Shown: positions 19,117 through 28,992 of the stretch, piece by piece
Layout: every line of letters starts with the position of its first letter
Position numbering within the stretch: the first letter of the stretch is position 1
DNA from: a virus
IMG/VR virus record: IMGVR_UViG_3300042544_001941
Length of the DNA: 64,000 nt
Direction: 5' to 3' (one strand)
Notes under the pieces: generated by a model
Seen by the model: the letters and a program-made list of their open reading frames with translations, nothing else
Told to the model about the DNA's origin: nothing
The model's database searches: none
Position numbers and translations under genes: made by a program

Positions 19117-19683
19117 ATGGAAAAAGAGTTAATGAAAATGGGTTATTATACGATATACCAAGTAATCGTCAAAGATAAAGTCAAATATAAGGTTGATAGC
19201 GGTAAAACACTATACATTGCTCGATTTAAAAAGTACGTAGTTAATCCATATCGAGATGTTAAAGAATTTACATCATTGGAAAAAGCCAAAGAATATGTTG
19301 GTTTAAAATTGGTTAAGAAATCACAAGAGAAGAAAAAGAAAATATCAAAGTTACCAAAATCGTTATACTTGGTTTTAATTAAAGAGGAAAGTTCGGGTAA
19401 GACGTTTGTAAAAGTTGGTATAACATCTAAAAAATTTATAATGCGTAGGTTTAGTAAAGCATATGGTTACGAGGGATATGTTGTAGATACAATATTGAGA
19501 AGAATAGACACCCCTGATGCTGAAAAATTGGAAGAAGAGATTAAAGACAAATTAAATAAAAAAAGGTCCGTAAAAAAATACAGACCTTTGTTGGAATCTT
19601 TTTCGGGTTATTCCGAATGTTTTAATATTTTAGGGTTGGATGAGATTGTTAAAGTGTTTGATGGGTGTGTAAATAAATGTTAA
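19117..19683 (+). CDS. GIY-YIG / T5orf172-like nuclease domain protein
   Basis: LYLVLI...FVKVGITS...RRF...E...GYSECF motif order. Confidence 0.55.
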   Translation: MEKELMKMGYYTIYQVIVKDKVKYKVDSGKTLYIARFKKYVVNPYRDVKEFTSLEKAKEYVGLKLVKKSQEKKKKISKLPKSLYLVLIKEESSGKTFVKVGITSKKFIMRRFSKAYGYEGYVVDTILRRIDTPDAEKLEEEIKDKLNKKRSVKKYRPLLESFSGYSECFNILGLDEIVKVFDGCVNKC

Positions 19684-19907
19684 TCTTCTTTCTTCTTTTC
19701 AGATTTCAAACGATTTGTTGAAAATGGTTTTTTCTCGTCTTTATCTTTTTCTTCGTCACTATCGTCGTCTTTATCCTTTAAAAATGATTTAAGGTTGTAT
19801 TTTCCTATGTTTACACCTGGACGAAATTCTTTTTTTTCTTCAGATTCTGATACTTGATTATCAATTATTTTTTTAAGTTGTGATTCCGTGAATACGTATT
19901 TTTTCAT
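19680..19907 (-). CDS. Small charged leader-bearing protein
   Basis: MKKYVFTESQLKKIIDNQVSE. Confidence 0.7.
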   Translation of the reverse strand: MKKYVFTESQLKKIIDNQVSESEEKKEFRPGVNIGKYNLKSFLKDKDDDSDEEKDKDEKKPFSTNRLKSEKKKED

Positions 19908-19908
19908 A

Positions 19909-20211
19909 CTATTTTGCTCTTGATGTCGTTCTTTTATTTAAAGTTTCATTTTCCTTTGTTAAAAATTCAACTTTAACAGTTAATGCTGCAACTTCTTTAG
20001 TTAATGTTAGAACCATATTTCTTAAATCATCCTTCTCTTTAGATGACGCTTCTAATAACGCCTCTAATTTGGTGATTCTATCCTTACAATCGTGGCGAAT
20101 AAAATCTTCGTCTCGTTCTTTATTTAAGGCTCTTTTTTCATAGTACCTCCAAGCACCAGTACCTCCAAGTACTGTAATTGCGGTTATCAAAACTGAGTAA
20201 ATGTTTTCCAT
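19909..20211 (-). CDS. Single-TM coiled-coil protein
   Basis: N-terminal hydrophobic helix then heptads; TATTTAT at 20218-20224. Confidence 0.65.
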   Translation of the reverse strand: MENIYSVLITAITVLGGTGAWRYYEKRALNKERDEDFIRHDCKDRITKLEALLEASSKEKDDLRNMVLTLTKEVAALTVKVEFLTKENETLNKRTTSRAK

Positions 20212-20434
20212 ATTGTTATAAATAGTGTCATACAAAATAAAATTTATAAAAAGTTCGACTTCTGAGTATTATGAACTAAGATTATTTTTAACAGGACAAA
20301 TAGTCAGTGGTTTTACGGGTATTTTTCCTCCCTATAACTTATTTATTTTTGTTGTCGGGGGACAAAATAAACAGATTAAAATTATTATATGGGAGGATTT
20401 CACAAACTCCCTTTTTTTGTGTATATTATACCAT

Positions 20435-20983
20435 ATGAAAAGCAAAATAATTAATCTGTTTGGGGGACCTGGAATTGGGAAGTCAACGCAAGCATCCGGA
20501 TTGTTTACTGAAATGAAAAAACACCATATGAGTGTTGAATACACATACGAATTCCCAAAAGAAGTTGCGTGGGAAGGAAATGTTTCCCAATTAAGAGACC
20601 AATTTTTCATAACCGCAAATCAACATAGAAATATTAGTAGATTGTATGGTAAAGTGGATTACATAATTGTTGATTCACCAATAGTTTTGGGTTGTTTTTA
20701 TGAACAGAGGTATGGTGATGGATATCCTGCATCGTTTTATGGAATGTCGGGACTAAGTAAGTTTTTGTGGAACTTATTTCGTCAATATGACAACATAAAC
20801 ATTTTATTAACAAGAAACAATGAAACATATGACCCGAATGGTAGATTACAGGATTTACAAGAGGCTCAAGAAATTGATGGGGACATTAAACAAACACTAC
20901 TCATTAATTCTATACCTTTTGTTGAATTTCCTGTTGGTACTAATACTGCTGTGGATATATTTAAGTATATAACACAGTTATAA
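20435..20983 (+). CDS. P-loop kinase (AAA_28/NadR-like)
   Basis: INLFGGPGIGKST, EFPKE, IVDSP and GRLQ motifs; start moved to 20435. Confidence 0.8.
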   Translation: MKSKIINLFGGPGIGKSTQASGLFTEMKKHHMSVEYTYEFPKEVAWEGNVSQLRDQFFITANQHRNISRLYGKVDYIIVDSPIVLGCFYEQRYGDGYPASFYGMSGLSKFLWNLFRQYDNINILLTRNNETYDPNGRLQDLQEAQEIDGDIKQTLLINSIPFVEFPVGTNTAVDIFKYITQL

Positions 20984-20984
20984 T

Positions 20985-21587
20985 ATGAAAAAAATTTTAT
21001 TAGTATTTGGACTTATTCTCATTAGTTTAAGTTCGTTTTCACAAGACACAATTAGAGTTAAAAATCAAGTATTTGAAGTACTTTACTCACAAAATTTAGA
21101 ATCCCCTTTATGGTTGAAGTATCGTTCAACTAATAGACCAACGAATGTCAATAGAGGTACTATGGATTTCTACACCGAAAAGAATATTAAAACATCAGAT
21201 GCTAATGATTATGTTAAAAATATCTATGATAAAGGTCATTTAGCACCTGCGGCGTCATTTTCCGATAATATGGAAAACCTTAAACAAACATTCTCATACT
21301 TGAATTGTATGATGCAGGACCAATATCAAAATAGAGGTGAGTGGAGATTATTGGAAGAACAAGAAAGAAAGTGGGATGACGATGAAAATTTAACAGTTAT
21401 AATAAAAGTATTTTTTGATGCGGTTCCTAAAAGAGTACCTACAAATGCGGCAATACCTTCACATATGCAGAAACATATCTATTTTGAGAAATCAAAAAAA
21501 TGGAAATGTTTTGTGTTTTTAAACGAAAAACCTAAGTTTAAATGGAATGAATTGGAGATGTTGTGTGAGGCGTCAGAACACAAATAA
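20985..21587 (+). CDS. Secreted DNA/RNA non-specific endonuclease (NucA-like)
   Basis: Signal peptide; YDKGHLAPA, TFSYLN and NRGEWRLLE motifs. Confidence 0.9.
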   Translation: MKKILLVFGLILISLSSFSQDTIRVKNQVFEVLYSQNLESPLWLKYRSTNRPTNVNRGTMDFYTEKNIKTSDANDYVKNIYDKGHLAPAASFSDNMENLKQTFSYLNCMMQDQYQNRGEWRLLEEQERKWDDDENLTVIIKVFFDAVPKRVPTNAAIPSHMQKHIYFEKSKKWKCFVFLNEKPKFKWNELEMLCEASEHK

Positions 21588-21590
21588 GTT

Positions 21591-21791
21591 ATGTTAAGTA
21601 AGGAATTAGTAAAATATCAGGACAATTTATATTGGGTTTACAGAAAGGTAAAAGCTTCTGTAATTAAAGAGGGGTATGTAAATGACCTAAAAGAGTTTTG
21701 GAATTGTGATGTTGCAGTTAGAAATAGAAACCAAAATGACGATATCATCCTATTTCTTAGGGAAATTCCTGAAGCGGTTTTAGTTGATTAA
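21591..21791 (+). CDS. Hypothetical protein
   Basis: 66 aa ORF immediately following the nuclease gene. Confidence 0.6.
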   Translation: MLSKELVKYQDNLYWVYRKVKASVIKEGYVNDLKEFWNCDVAVRNRNQNDDIILFLREIPEAVLVD

Positions 21792-22175
21792 TTTCTTAAT
21801 TTCTTTAAGACATATTTTCGTATATCTATCCTCATTTCTTTTAGCTTGTCTTTCCATAGGATTTTGAGAGTAGTATCTTGAGAGTTCATATTCTCGATAT
21901 TTTCTACGAACTTGTAAATAATGGGTGTATTCGTGAATAACGGTTGCCACGACATCGTAAATTGTGTTATTGTTGGGTAGATATATGATGATTTCATTCC
22001 TGTAAAAACAATAGTTACCAAAAACGTCACAATTGTCCATTTTACGTTTTCTTTCACTAAATCTAAAAATTAATCTACGTTTTTTTCTATCACACAGACC
22101 AAAATAACCCTCACACCACCTTATAGCTAATGTGGCATATCGTTTTTTGGTTTCAGTGTTAATAGTTCTAGCCAT
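21780..22175 (-). CDS. HExxH zinc metallopeptidase-like protein
   Basis: TVIHEYTHYLQ...NPMERQA. Confidence 0.7.
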   Translation of the reverse strand: MARTINTETKKRYATLAIRWCEGYFGLCDRKKRRLIFRFSERKRKMDNCDVFGNYCFYRNEIIIYLPNNNTIYDVVATVIHEYTHYLQVRRKYREYELSRYYSQNPMERQAKRNEDRYTKICLKEIKKLIN

Positions 22176-22527
22176 TTGGTTTTTTGTCCGTTTTTACCGT
22201 TTTTGGTTGTCTTTTAGGTGTTTTTGTAAACTCATTTACTGTCTCGAAATTGTTTAAAATGTCCTTTAAAATTGACGCCAATTCATAATTTTCAGACTCC
22301 TCATTTTTCTTCCATAAAACGGTAAGAAAACTCTTCATTTCATCATCGGTTAATTTAGTTCTCGTTTGAACTGAATTTTTCATCAATTTGTATACCATAT
22401 ACTGAACAGCCAATTTTTTATCCGAATTAATGGTGAAATAATTCTCAATTGTAATGTGTGAAAGTATATTAGTTGTTACATTGTCTAAGAATGAAATGAA
22501 ACTTGGATGATTTACGTTTACCTTCAT
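22168..22527 (-). CDS. Small protein with UVR-like motif
   Basis: EESENYELASILKDI. Confidence 0.6.
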   Translation of the reverse strand: MKVNVNHPSFISFLDNVTTNILSHITIENYFTINSDKKLAVQYMVYKLMKNSVQTRTKLTDDEMKSFLTVLWKKNEESENYELASILKDILNNFETVNEFTKTPKRQPKTVKTDKKPNG

Positions 22528-22621
22528 ATTTTCGTTTTTTTATAAATAGTTTCGGTGGTTGTTTAACAATAAAAAAGGGATAAATTTTTTTATTTATCCC
22601 TCTACTAATTTTTATGGAGTT

Positions 22622-22981
22622 TTATTTACCCCATTTACCGTTTTTTACTAATTGTGCAATAACGGCGTAGACAGATAGGTCTTGGTAAGTGTCGTCAACC
22701 GCCTCACCAACGTTGTCCTGGGCCCCAAGAACCACCAATTGTTTAATTCTTTGTATTTTATCGTTCATACGAAAAAACAGACCCATTTGAGACAGTTTGC
22801 GGTCTTCTTCTTTGGTTAAATCTCTTCCTAATGAGATGTTATCGGGACCGTAATTCGATTGTTTTTTACAAAAAGTTTCGTATTGGTCTTTTAAAATTCT
22901 TTTGAACTCTTTAGTCATTTCAGGATATTGCTCTTCAATCTGTTTAATGACCGGATTTGGTTGTTGTTTATCTTCTGACAT
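22622..22981 (-). CDS. DUF1599-like (nucleotide-modification-associated) protein
   Basis: KKQSNYG, RMNDKIQRI and DTYQDLSVYA motifs. Confidence 0.75.
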   Translation of the reverse strand: MSEDKQQPNPVIKQIEEQYPEMTKEFKRILKDQYETFCKKQSNYGPDNISLGRDLTKEEDRKLSQMGLFFRMNDKIQRIKQLVVLGAQDNVGEAVDDTYQDLSVYAVIAQLVKNGKWGK

Positions 22982-23055
22982 AAAATTTTTGTTTATATTT
23001 ATAATATAAGAAATTTAAACCTATTAACCAAATATTTATAAAGAAATATTAAGAT

Positions 23056-23304
23056 ATGGCATCAGAAGCATCGAAACAAATGAAAAATATGAGTCCCGAC
23101 AGTTCGGATAATAGACCTAAACATAAAAAATTGATACAAATGTTATCATTTAGAGTTGTTCCTGCTTATTATAAAGAAATTGAGAAGGTTGCTGATAATC
23201 AAAAGACGACAGTTTCAAAATTAATCAGAAATTACATAAAGGAAGGTATGAAAAGAGACGGAGAACTCACAGATTCTGAAGAAAAGGAGTTTGGTCTGAA
23301 ATAA
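23056..23304 (+). CDS. Ribbon-helix-helix DNA-binding protein
   Basis: MLSFRV...IEKVA...TVSKLIRNYI. Confidence 0.65.
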   Translation: MASEASKQMKNMSPDSSDNRPKHKKLIQMLSFRVVPAYYKEIEKVADNQKTTVSKLIRNYIKEGMKRDGELTDSEEKEFGLK

Positions 23305-23307
23305 TAC

Positions 23308-24357
23308 CTATTTATTAAATCTTCTAAAGGAATTACCACTAATTAAATTTAAATTGACTCCACCTATAAATTGGTGGAGTTCTTTTTTTCCGGTATAACT
23401 CATTGCGGAGCGTAAATAATCCTCAAAATTAGACACCCACCCCTCAATCGTGTATTTTACAGGGTTTCTACGTACGATTCCTTCAGAAGTGGTTAGTTTT
23501 TCCTTTCCCCACGATTTTTGGACCTCTTTTGTACTCATTCCTCTAAATGTTTTGTAAAGTGGAAGTTCCCCGTGGAACGCTTCTTTAATTTCTGACGAAA
23601 ATTGGTTAACGACTTCATAATTTTCCTTTGTTGTTTCACCTGAACTCTCCAAACACTGATTCAAAATAGAACCTAACATTATATAATCAGCCCCTAACGC
23701 CAAACCTTTGATAATATCGGAATATTTCTTGAAACCACCGTCCGCAACTATCTCAGTTGTGTAGTTTGACAGCTTTTTAATTTCGTAACATTCTTGAATT
23801 AGGGACGCCATTGGGTATCCCACACCTGTTTGGACTGTTGTTAGACATCCTCCACCGTTTCCGATACCAATTCTAACAATATCAACCCCGATTTTACAAT
23901 ATTCTTGGAAAGTTTTAGGGTTTGCTACATTACCCACCATCAAACACATATCATCACCGTAAGTTAATTTAGCTTCTTTCGCTAAATCATATAAATCTGA
24001 CATATGACCATTAGCAACATCGATTAAAACTTGTAATCTTGTCCCCCCATTAACCTTTTTTCTCTTTAAAAGGAAAATTCTTTCAAAATCTTGTAAACTA
24101 TATGATAAAAATATGTTGGTATCAACCCAATCATCGGTCGGATTTGCAATCCTTGGTAAAACGGGTAGGATACCATTGTTTTTATATAGATGAAAGTTGT
24201 TTTCAGATACGACAGTATCCATTGGAGCGGTCATAAGAGGTAACTCACCCCAAATGTTTCTAGTATTAATAACGCTTCGACTTCTGATTGATGATAAAAT
24301 CGCAGGTTCAATCAGAAAATCATCAAAATCGTAAAGTGTTTCAAATATATCCTTCAT
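23308..24357 (-). CDS. IMP dehydrogenase / GMP reductase family protein (no CBS domains)
   Basis: APMDTV, IDVANGH, GIGNGGGCLT, ADGG, FRGMS and LRSAMSY motifs. Confidence 0.88.
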   Translation of the reverse strand: MKDIFETLYDFDDFLIEPAILSSIRSRSVINTRNIWGELPLMTAPMDTVVSENNFHLYKNNGILPVLPRIANPTDDWVDTNIFLSYSLQDFERIFLLKRKKVNGGTRLQVLIDVANGHMSDLYDLAKEAKLTYGDDMCLMVGNVANPKTFQEYCKIGVDIVRIGIGNGGGCLTTVQTGVGYPMASLIQECYEIKKLSNYTTEIVADGGFKKYSDIIKGLALGADYIMLGSILNQCLESSGETTKENYEVVNQFSSEIKEAFHGELPLYKTFRGMSTKEVQKSWGKEKLTTSEGIVRRNPVKYTIEGWVSNFEDYLRSAMSYTGKKELHQFIGGVNLNLISGNSFRRFNK

Positions 24358-24428
24358 TGTGTTGTGTTATCTATTGAAAATATAAGAAAAAAAAATCAAA
24401 TTAAAAAATGAAAAGTATTTATACTATT

Positions 24429-24758
24429 ATGGGAAACAATATAATTTCAGAAGAGGTGGTAAAAAGTGTTCTGCATCAAATTTTAAACGAGCAAGCATCA
24501 AAAGTGAAACGTGAGGATTTCGCCAGGGTACAGTTTAAAATAGAAGAGTTACAAAACTCACTAAATGAGACATTTAAAGAGTTGAGAAAGTTGGATGATT
24601 GTGTTCCTGGCGGTTTAAAGCCTATTTGTAATAGTAGAGTTTCAGGAATCTCATCAAAATTGACAGAAGCTCAAAAATTATTGTCTCAATTAAAGGAAAA
24701 AGTTAAATCACACAAAAAAAGTGTTTATTCTCAATCTATTGAGGAGAAAAAATCCTAA
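24429..24758 (+). CDS. Leader-bearing coiled-coil protein
   Basis: MGNNIISEEVVKSVLHQILNEQ; TATTTAT at 24416. Confidence 0.7.
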   Translation: MGNNIISEEVVKSVLHQILNEQASKVKREDFARVQFKIEELQNSLNETFKELRKLDDCVPGGLKPICNSRVSGISSKLTEAQKLLSQLKEKVKSHKKSVYSQSIEEKKS

Positions 24759-25105
24759 TCGTCAGTCTTTTTAACGAATTTTTTACCTTCTTCGGTCAAA
24801 AAAAACATTTCTTCAGTATTCTCGTCTTCATACGAATCAACAAGTCCCTTTTCTTTCAATTCGTGAAGTACGGTACCTGCAGCAATCTCTCTTAGAATAA
24901 CTTCAAATTCTTGTTCTGAGAATATCTCCTCAATATCATCTTCTATTTTACCTTCAATAAATTTTCGTGTAAAAAACTCATTTAGGTATTGTCTTGCGTA
25001 TGTTAAATCAGTTATTTCGTAATCATCAAAAAATTCTGCATCGATTAATCCATTAATCACATTTTCAGTTTGTTGAATTACTGCAGGTTGGTATGTAGTT
25101 TTCAT
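24755..25105 (-). CDS. Acidic protein with winged-helix-like C-terminus
   Basis: LHELKEKGLVDS...FFLTEEGK. Confidence 0.55.
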   Translation of the reverse strand: MKTTYQPAVIQQTENVINGLIDAEFFDDYEITDLTYARQYLNEFFTRKFIEGKIEDDIEEIFSEQEFEVILREIAAGTVLHELKEKGLVDSYEDENTEEMFFLTEEGKKFVKKTDD

Positions 25106-25210
25106 ATGAGTCTTTTTTTAAAGTATAAATAAAATTTTTCAGAATAAAAAATGGGTAGACAACATTTGATTATTAAATAAAATAATACTATATTTTAAAA
25201 AAAAGATAAA

Positions 25211-26464
25211 ATGAATAGTGATAAAATTTTCGTTCAAATCGCGTCGTATAGAGACCCACAATTAATCCCAACCATTGAAGATATGATTCATAAGGCTAAA
25301 GAACCTTGGAATTTGGTGTTTGGTATTTGTTGGCAATATGATGACACGGAAGATGTGGATAGATATGATAATAATCCACAATTTAGAGTTAGTAAACATC
25401 ATTATAGTGAAAGCCAAGGACTTGGTTGGGCTAGAAACATAACCAATACGTTATATGGTGGTGAGAAATACACATTACAAATTGATTCCCATCATAGATT
25501 TGTTGAGAATTGGGATGAGATTGTATTAAGAGACTATAATCAAGCGTTAATGGTTTCTGATAAACCTGTTATCACAACATATTGTACTCCGTTTGACCCC
25601 ACAAAGGATGAATCAACTTGGAATCCTACTCCGTGTCTAATGTCTCAATATGAATTTAGTAGTGACAGACTATTGATGAGTATGCCTTGGTTTATACAAG
25701 ATTATAAACAAAGAAAAAGAGTTATTAAGGCTCGTACAATTAGTGGTCACTTCTATTTCACGAGTGGTGATTTTGTTAAAGAGGTACCTTATGACCCTGA
25801 AATCTATTTCGGTGGATATACAGAAGAAACAACACTTAGCTTAAGAGCATTCACCAACGGATATGATTTCTTTAGTCCGTATCAAATGGTGATGTGGCAC
25901 GAATACACAAGAAGCTATAGACCTAAGCATTGGGATGACCACGGAACACAAAGTGAAACACAAAAAACAAGTGGTGAACGTGATATTCACGCAAGAAATA
26001 AAACTAGACAAATGTTTGGTACTGATGAGTATGGAATTGATTTAGGTGAGTATGGTTTAGGTACTGAAAGAACATTACACGACTACGAAGTATATGGTGG
26101 ATTTGATTTTAAGAAATGTTTAATTCAAGATTATACACTTAAAGTAAAAGAACCACCAAATCCGTCAGATTGGGAAGAACAATTCATTAAAAACACTCAC
26201 AGAATTACCTGTGAATGGGATTTAGAATTTTTCAAAAATTTTGAATTTAAAAAACCTAAATTTATGACTTTAGGTGTACTTAATAATAAAGGAGAAGAGA
26301 TATTAAGAAAAGATTTTACAGTTGATACCGACCCTCAATATGTGAACTTGGAAAATAACGTTTACAGCGTGACTTTAGATTCTTTTGATAAACCAACCAA
26401 GATTGTTATGTACTTGTTTGACGAGGAAAAACAATGGAGTGGTCGATATGAAAAAACATTATAA
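25211..26464 (+). CDS. GT60-like GlcNAc transferase (Skp1-hydroxyproline / polypeptide GlcNAcT family)
   Basis: IFVQIASYRDP, GLGWAR, LQIDSHHRF, VPYDP, EE...RAFTNGYD and YGLGTERT motifs. Confidence 0.8.
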   Translation: MNSDKIFVQIASYRDPQLIPTIEDMIHKAKEPWNLVFGICWQYDDTEDVDRYDNNPQFRVSKHHYSESQGLGWARNITNTLYGGEKYTLQIDSHHRFVENWDEIVLRDYNQALMVSDKPVITTYCTPFDPTKDESTWNPTPCLMSQYEFSSDRLLMSMPWFIQDYKQRKRVIKARTISGHFYFTSGDFVKEVPYDPEIYFGGYTEETTLSLRAFTNGYDFFSPYQMVMWHEYTRSYRPKHWDDHGTQSETQKTSGERDIHARNKTRQMFGTDEYGIDLGEYGLGTERTLHDYEVYGGFDFKKCLIQDYTLKVKEPPNPSDWEEQFIKNTHRITCEWDLEFFKNFEFKKPKFMTLGVLNNKGEEILRKDFTVDTDPQYVNLENNVYSVTLDSFDKPTKIVMYLFDEEKQWSGRYEKTL

Positions 26465-27663
26465 TGAGAATTGCCTTTATTGTTATTGGTAATAGTAGAA
26501 GAAGTAATTACCTGAATGGTCACACCCTAAGATACGGAAATGGTGGAGGTTCAGGAACTGACGGAAGTTCAATTTTAATTGCTGAACACCTTGCAAAACA
26601 AGGTAATGAAGTTGTGGTTGTTACTGATAGGTTAGAACCAAGATTAGAAGAAGATTATAAAGCTAAAGGAATTACTTACGTACCGGGTAGAGAATTTTAT
26701 GGTGTAAAATACACCAATATAGATTTTGAAGGTATTGAGAATAGGGAATTTGATGTTTTGGTTAGTATGTTATGGTTTCACGATTATAAGTTACTACCAA
26801 TAACGGTAACCAAGAGTGTGATTTATTGGTCACATATGCAATGGATATATGGGATTGAAGAATTAACAAATTACGTGAAAGAAAATAATTTGTCGTTGGG
26901 ATTTGTTCATATTTCGGAATGGGAAAAAGGTATGACAAAAAATATTGTCGAGTCGGTGAAACAAAGATACGAATTTGTTGGTGTTGAGCTCCCATCCAAA
27001 ATTAAGTCTACTTTAATTCCTAATCCGGTATTGGATGATATGATTAATGAAGTTACGTATTCATATCCTACAAGAAAACCACATAAATTTGTTTTCCACG
27101 CAGCTTGGGCAAGAGGTGGTAATGTTGCAGTTGAAGCGGTTAGAAAATTAAATTTTGAGGATTCTGAATTTCACGCATTTGATTATCTTTTAGCAACACA
27201 TCACCACCAAGACTCATTTTTTAATTTACATAATGGAGTAGATAAGAAAACATTATTTACTAACATTGCTGAAAGTGAGTATTTCATCTATCCATTATAC
27301 ACACCATATCAAGATGTACACAAAGATACGTTTTCTTGTGTAGTTGCGGAAGCCATTGCATTAGGTGCAATTGTTGTTACATATCCGTTAGGTGCATTAC
27401 CTGAAAACTTTGAGGGATTTTGTCAATGGTTAGATTTTCCTGAAGGTGTTGATGTTGAAAAAATGCAAAGTGAGGCACTAACAAAAGATTTAGATGGTAA
27501 ATTTACAATCACTGATAATATTGTTGAAAAAATTAAATTTTTAGAGGAAAATCCTGAAATTAAAGAAGACATTAGAAGACGTGGTAAAGATTATATTTTA
27601 AGTAAGTTCAATGTTAATAAAATTGGTTCAATGTGGGTTGACTTCATTAATGATTTGATGTAA
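26464..27663 (+). CDS. GT-B (GT4-like) glycosyltransferase
   Basis: GGSGTD, IPNP and DTFSCVVAEAIALG...GALPE motifs. Confidence 0.75.
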   Translation: MRIAFIVIGNSRRSNYLNGHTLRYGNGGGSGTDGSSILIAEHLAKQGNEVVVVTDRLEPRLEEDYKAKGITYVPGREFYGVKYTNIDFEGIENREFDVLVSMLWFHDYKLLPITVTKSVIYWSHMQWIYGIEELTNYVKENNLSLGFVHISEWEKGMTKNIVESVKQRYEFVGVELPSKIKSTLIPNPVLDDMINEVTYSYPTRKPHKFVFHAAWARGGNVAVEAVRKLNFEDSEFHAFDYLLATHHHQDSFFNLHNGVDKKTLFTNIAESEYFIYPLYTPYQDVHKDTFSCVVAEAIALGAIVVTYPLGALPENFEGFCQWLDFPEGVDVEKMQSEALTKDLDGKFTITDNIVEKIKFLEENPEIKEDIRRRGKDYILSKFNVNKIGSMWVDFINDLM

Positions 27664-28317
27664 GTGAAATATAATTACGTAAATAAAAATGGTGAAACGT
27701 TAAGGATTGGGATTTATAGTGTTTATTTCCCAAATAACGATTTGAGGTATAGAGATTTACAAAAATTAATTTTTGAAAAATTTAAAGTAGAGATAAATCA
27801 GATTTTATGGGAAGGTCCGATGGATTATGACGGACATCCAAATTTTATGAATGATATATCAAACAATGAAGATGTTGATTACTTTTTATTTTTTGATATT
27901 GACGCGTTTCCAACTAAATCAAATTTTCTCGATGTCATAATTGACAGAGTTTATGGTAAAAATACAATATTAGGTATTGAACAAAAAACCAGTCATTTAA
28001 ATAACGATGTATATGCAGGACCCGCTTGTTTTTGTGTATCTAAAAGTTTTTATGATTTATTAGGTAGACCAAAATATAATGCTACGGGTAGAGGTGATGT
28101 TGGGGAGGAATTGTCACATATTTGCAGAGAAAAGAATTACCAAATTTCGTATTTAAAATTTGATAAGTGTGAAATTGAAAGATGGGAACTAAAACCTGGT
28201 GTTATGTTTGGTAATGGGAGTATGTATGAAGATTTAATATTTCATAATTTTCATTCGGCTTCGGGTGGAAATATTGACATCTATATAAAAAACGCAAATA
28301 AAGTATTAGAATTATGA
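27664..28317 (+). CDS. GT-A-like glycosyltransferase
   Basis: FFDIDAFP (DxD motif), YAGPA and RGDVGE. Confidence 0.55.
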   Translation: MKYNYVNKNGETLRIGIYSVYFPNNDLRYRDLQKLIFEKFKVEINQILWEGPMDYDGHPNFMNDISNNEDVDYFLFFDIDAFPTKSNFLDVIIDRVYGKNTILGIEQKTSHLNNDVYAGPACFCVSKSFYDLLGRPKYNATGRGDVGEELSHICREKNYQISYLKFDKCEIERWELKPGVMFGNGSMYEDLIFHNFHSASGGNIDIYIKNANKVLEL

Positions 28318-28991
28318 AACTAAAAGATTTTGTAAACAAAGGGTATTATATCAACTTAGATTATAAAACCGAAAGAAATGAAAAGACAAAACAAGAATTG
28401 GAAAAATATAACATCCAAGACTTAGTGGAAAGAGTGTCTGCAGTCGCAGCATTTAACGAAACTGTTAAATGTGAATATGGTTCGGATGATTGGAAGAAGT
28501 GTGTTGACGGCTGTACTCAATCACATTTAAAAATTATTAATGAAGCCAAAGAAAAAAATTACGAAAGAATATTGGTTTTTGAAGATGATATATATTTCTA
28601 CAATGGTGGTTTTACCCATTCAATGGATATTATTGAATCGGCAATCGATGAAGTAAAAGATAAGGATTGGGAAATATTATATTTGGGCGGTTCGTTACTT
28701 GACCAATATGTTACACAGGCGGGTAGACATTTAATTAAAGTTGGTGGAATGAATACTTCACACGCATTTATTTTAAATCACACCGCTTACGACACGTTAA
28801 TCAATCATTATCATTATGCATATCCAATGGATATTTTATTGTCTGCGAACCTATCAAAAAAATATTCAGTATATCCTGTTGCGGTAACTCAAAGAGGTGG
28901 TGATGTTAGTGATATTGGTGGGCACCATTCATTTGGCCCATCAGGGTTCATCAACAGTTATTTAAAACCAATACAAAACTTAGACATTTAA
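28314..28991 (+). CDS. GT25-family glycosyltransferase
   Basis: YYINLD...ER, GCTQSH, ILVFEDD and LYLG motifs. Confidence 0.85.
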   Translation: MKLKDFVNKGYYINLDYKTERNEKTKQELEKYNIQDLVERVSAVAAFNETVKCEYGSDDWKKCVDGCTQSHLKIINEAKEKNYERILVFEDDIYFYNGGFTHSMDIIESAIDEVKDKDWEILYLGGSLLDQYVTQAGRHLIKVGGMNTSHAFILNHTAYDTLINHYHYAYPMDILLSANLSKKYSVYPVAVTQRGGDVSDIGGHHSFGPSGFINSYLKPIQNLDI

Positions 28992-28992
28992 T

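Noticed and set aside
19117-19683. Mobile intron or homing element around the GIY-YIG-like gene
   Set aside because: No split flanking gene or intron structure is visible.
20225-20434. N-terminal extension of the P-loop kinase ORF
   Set aside because: AT-rich intergenic sequence; the domain begins at ATG 20435.
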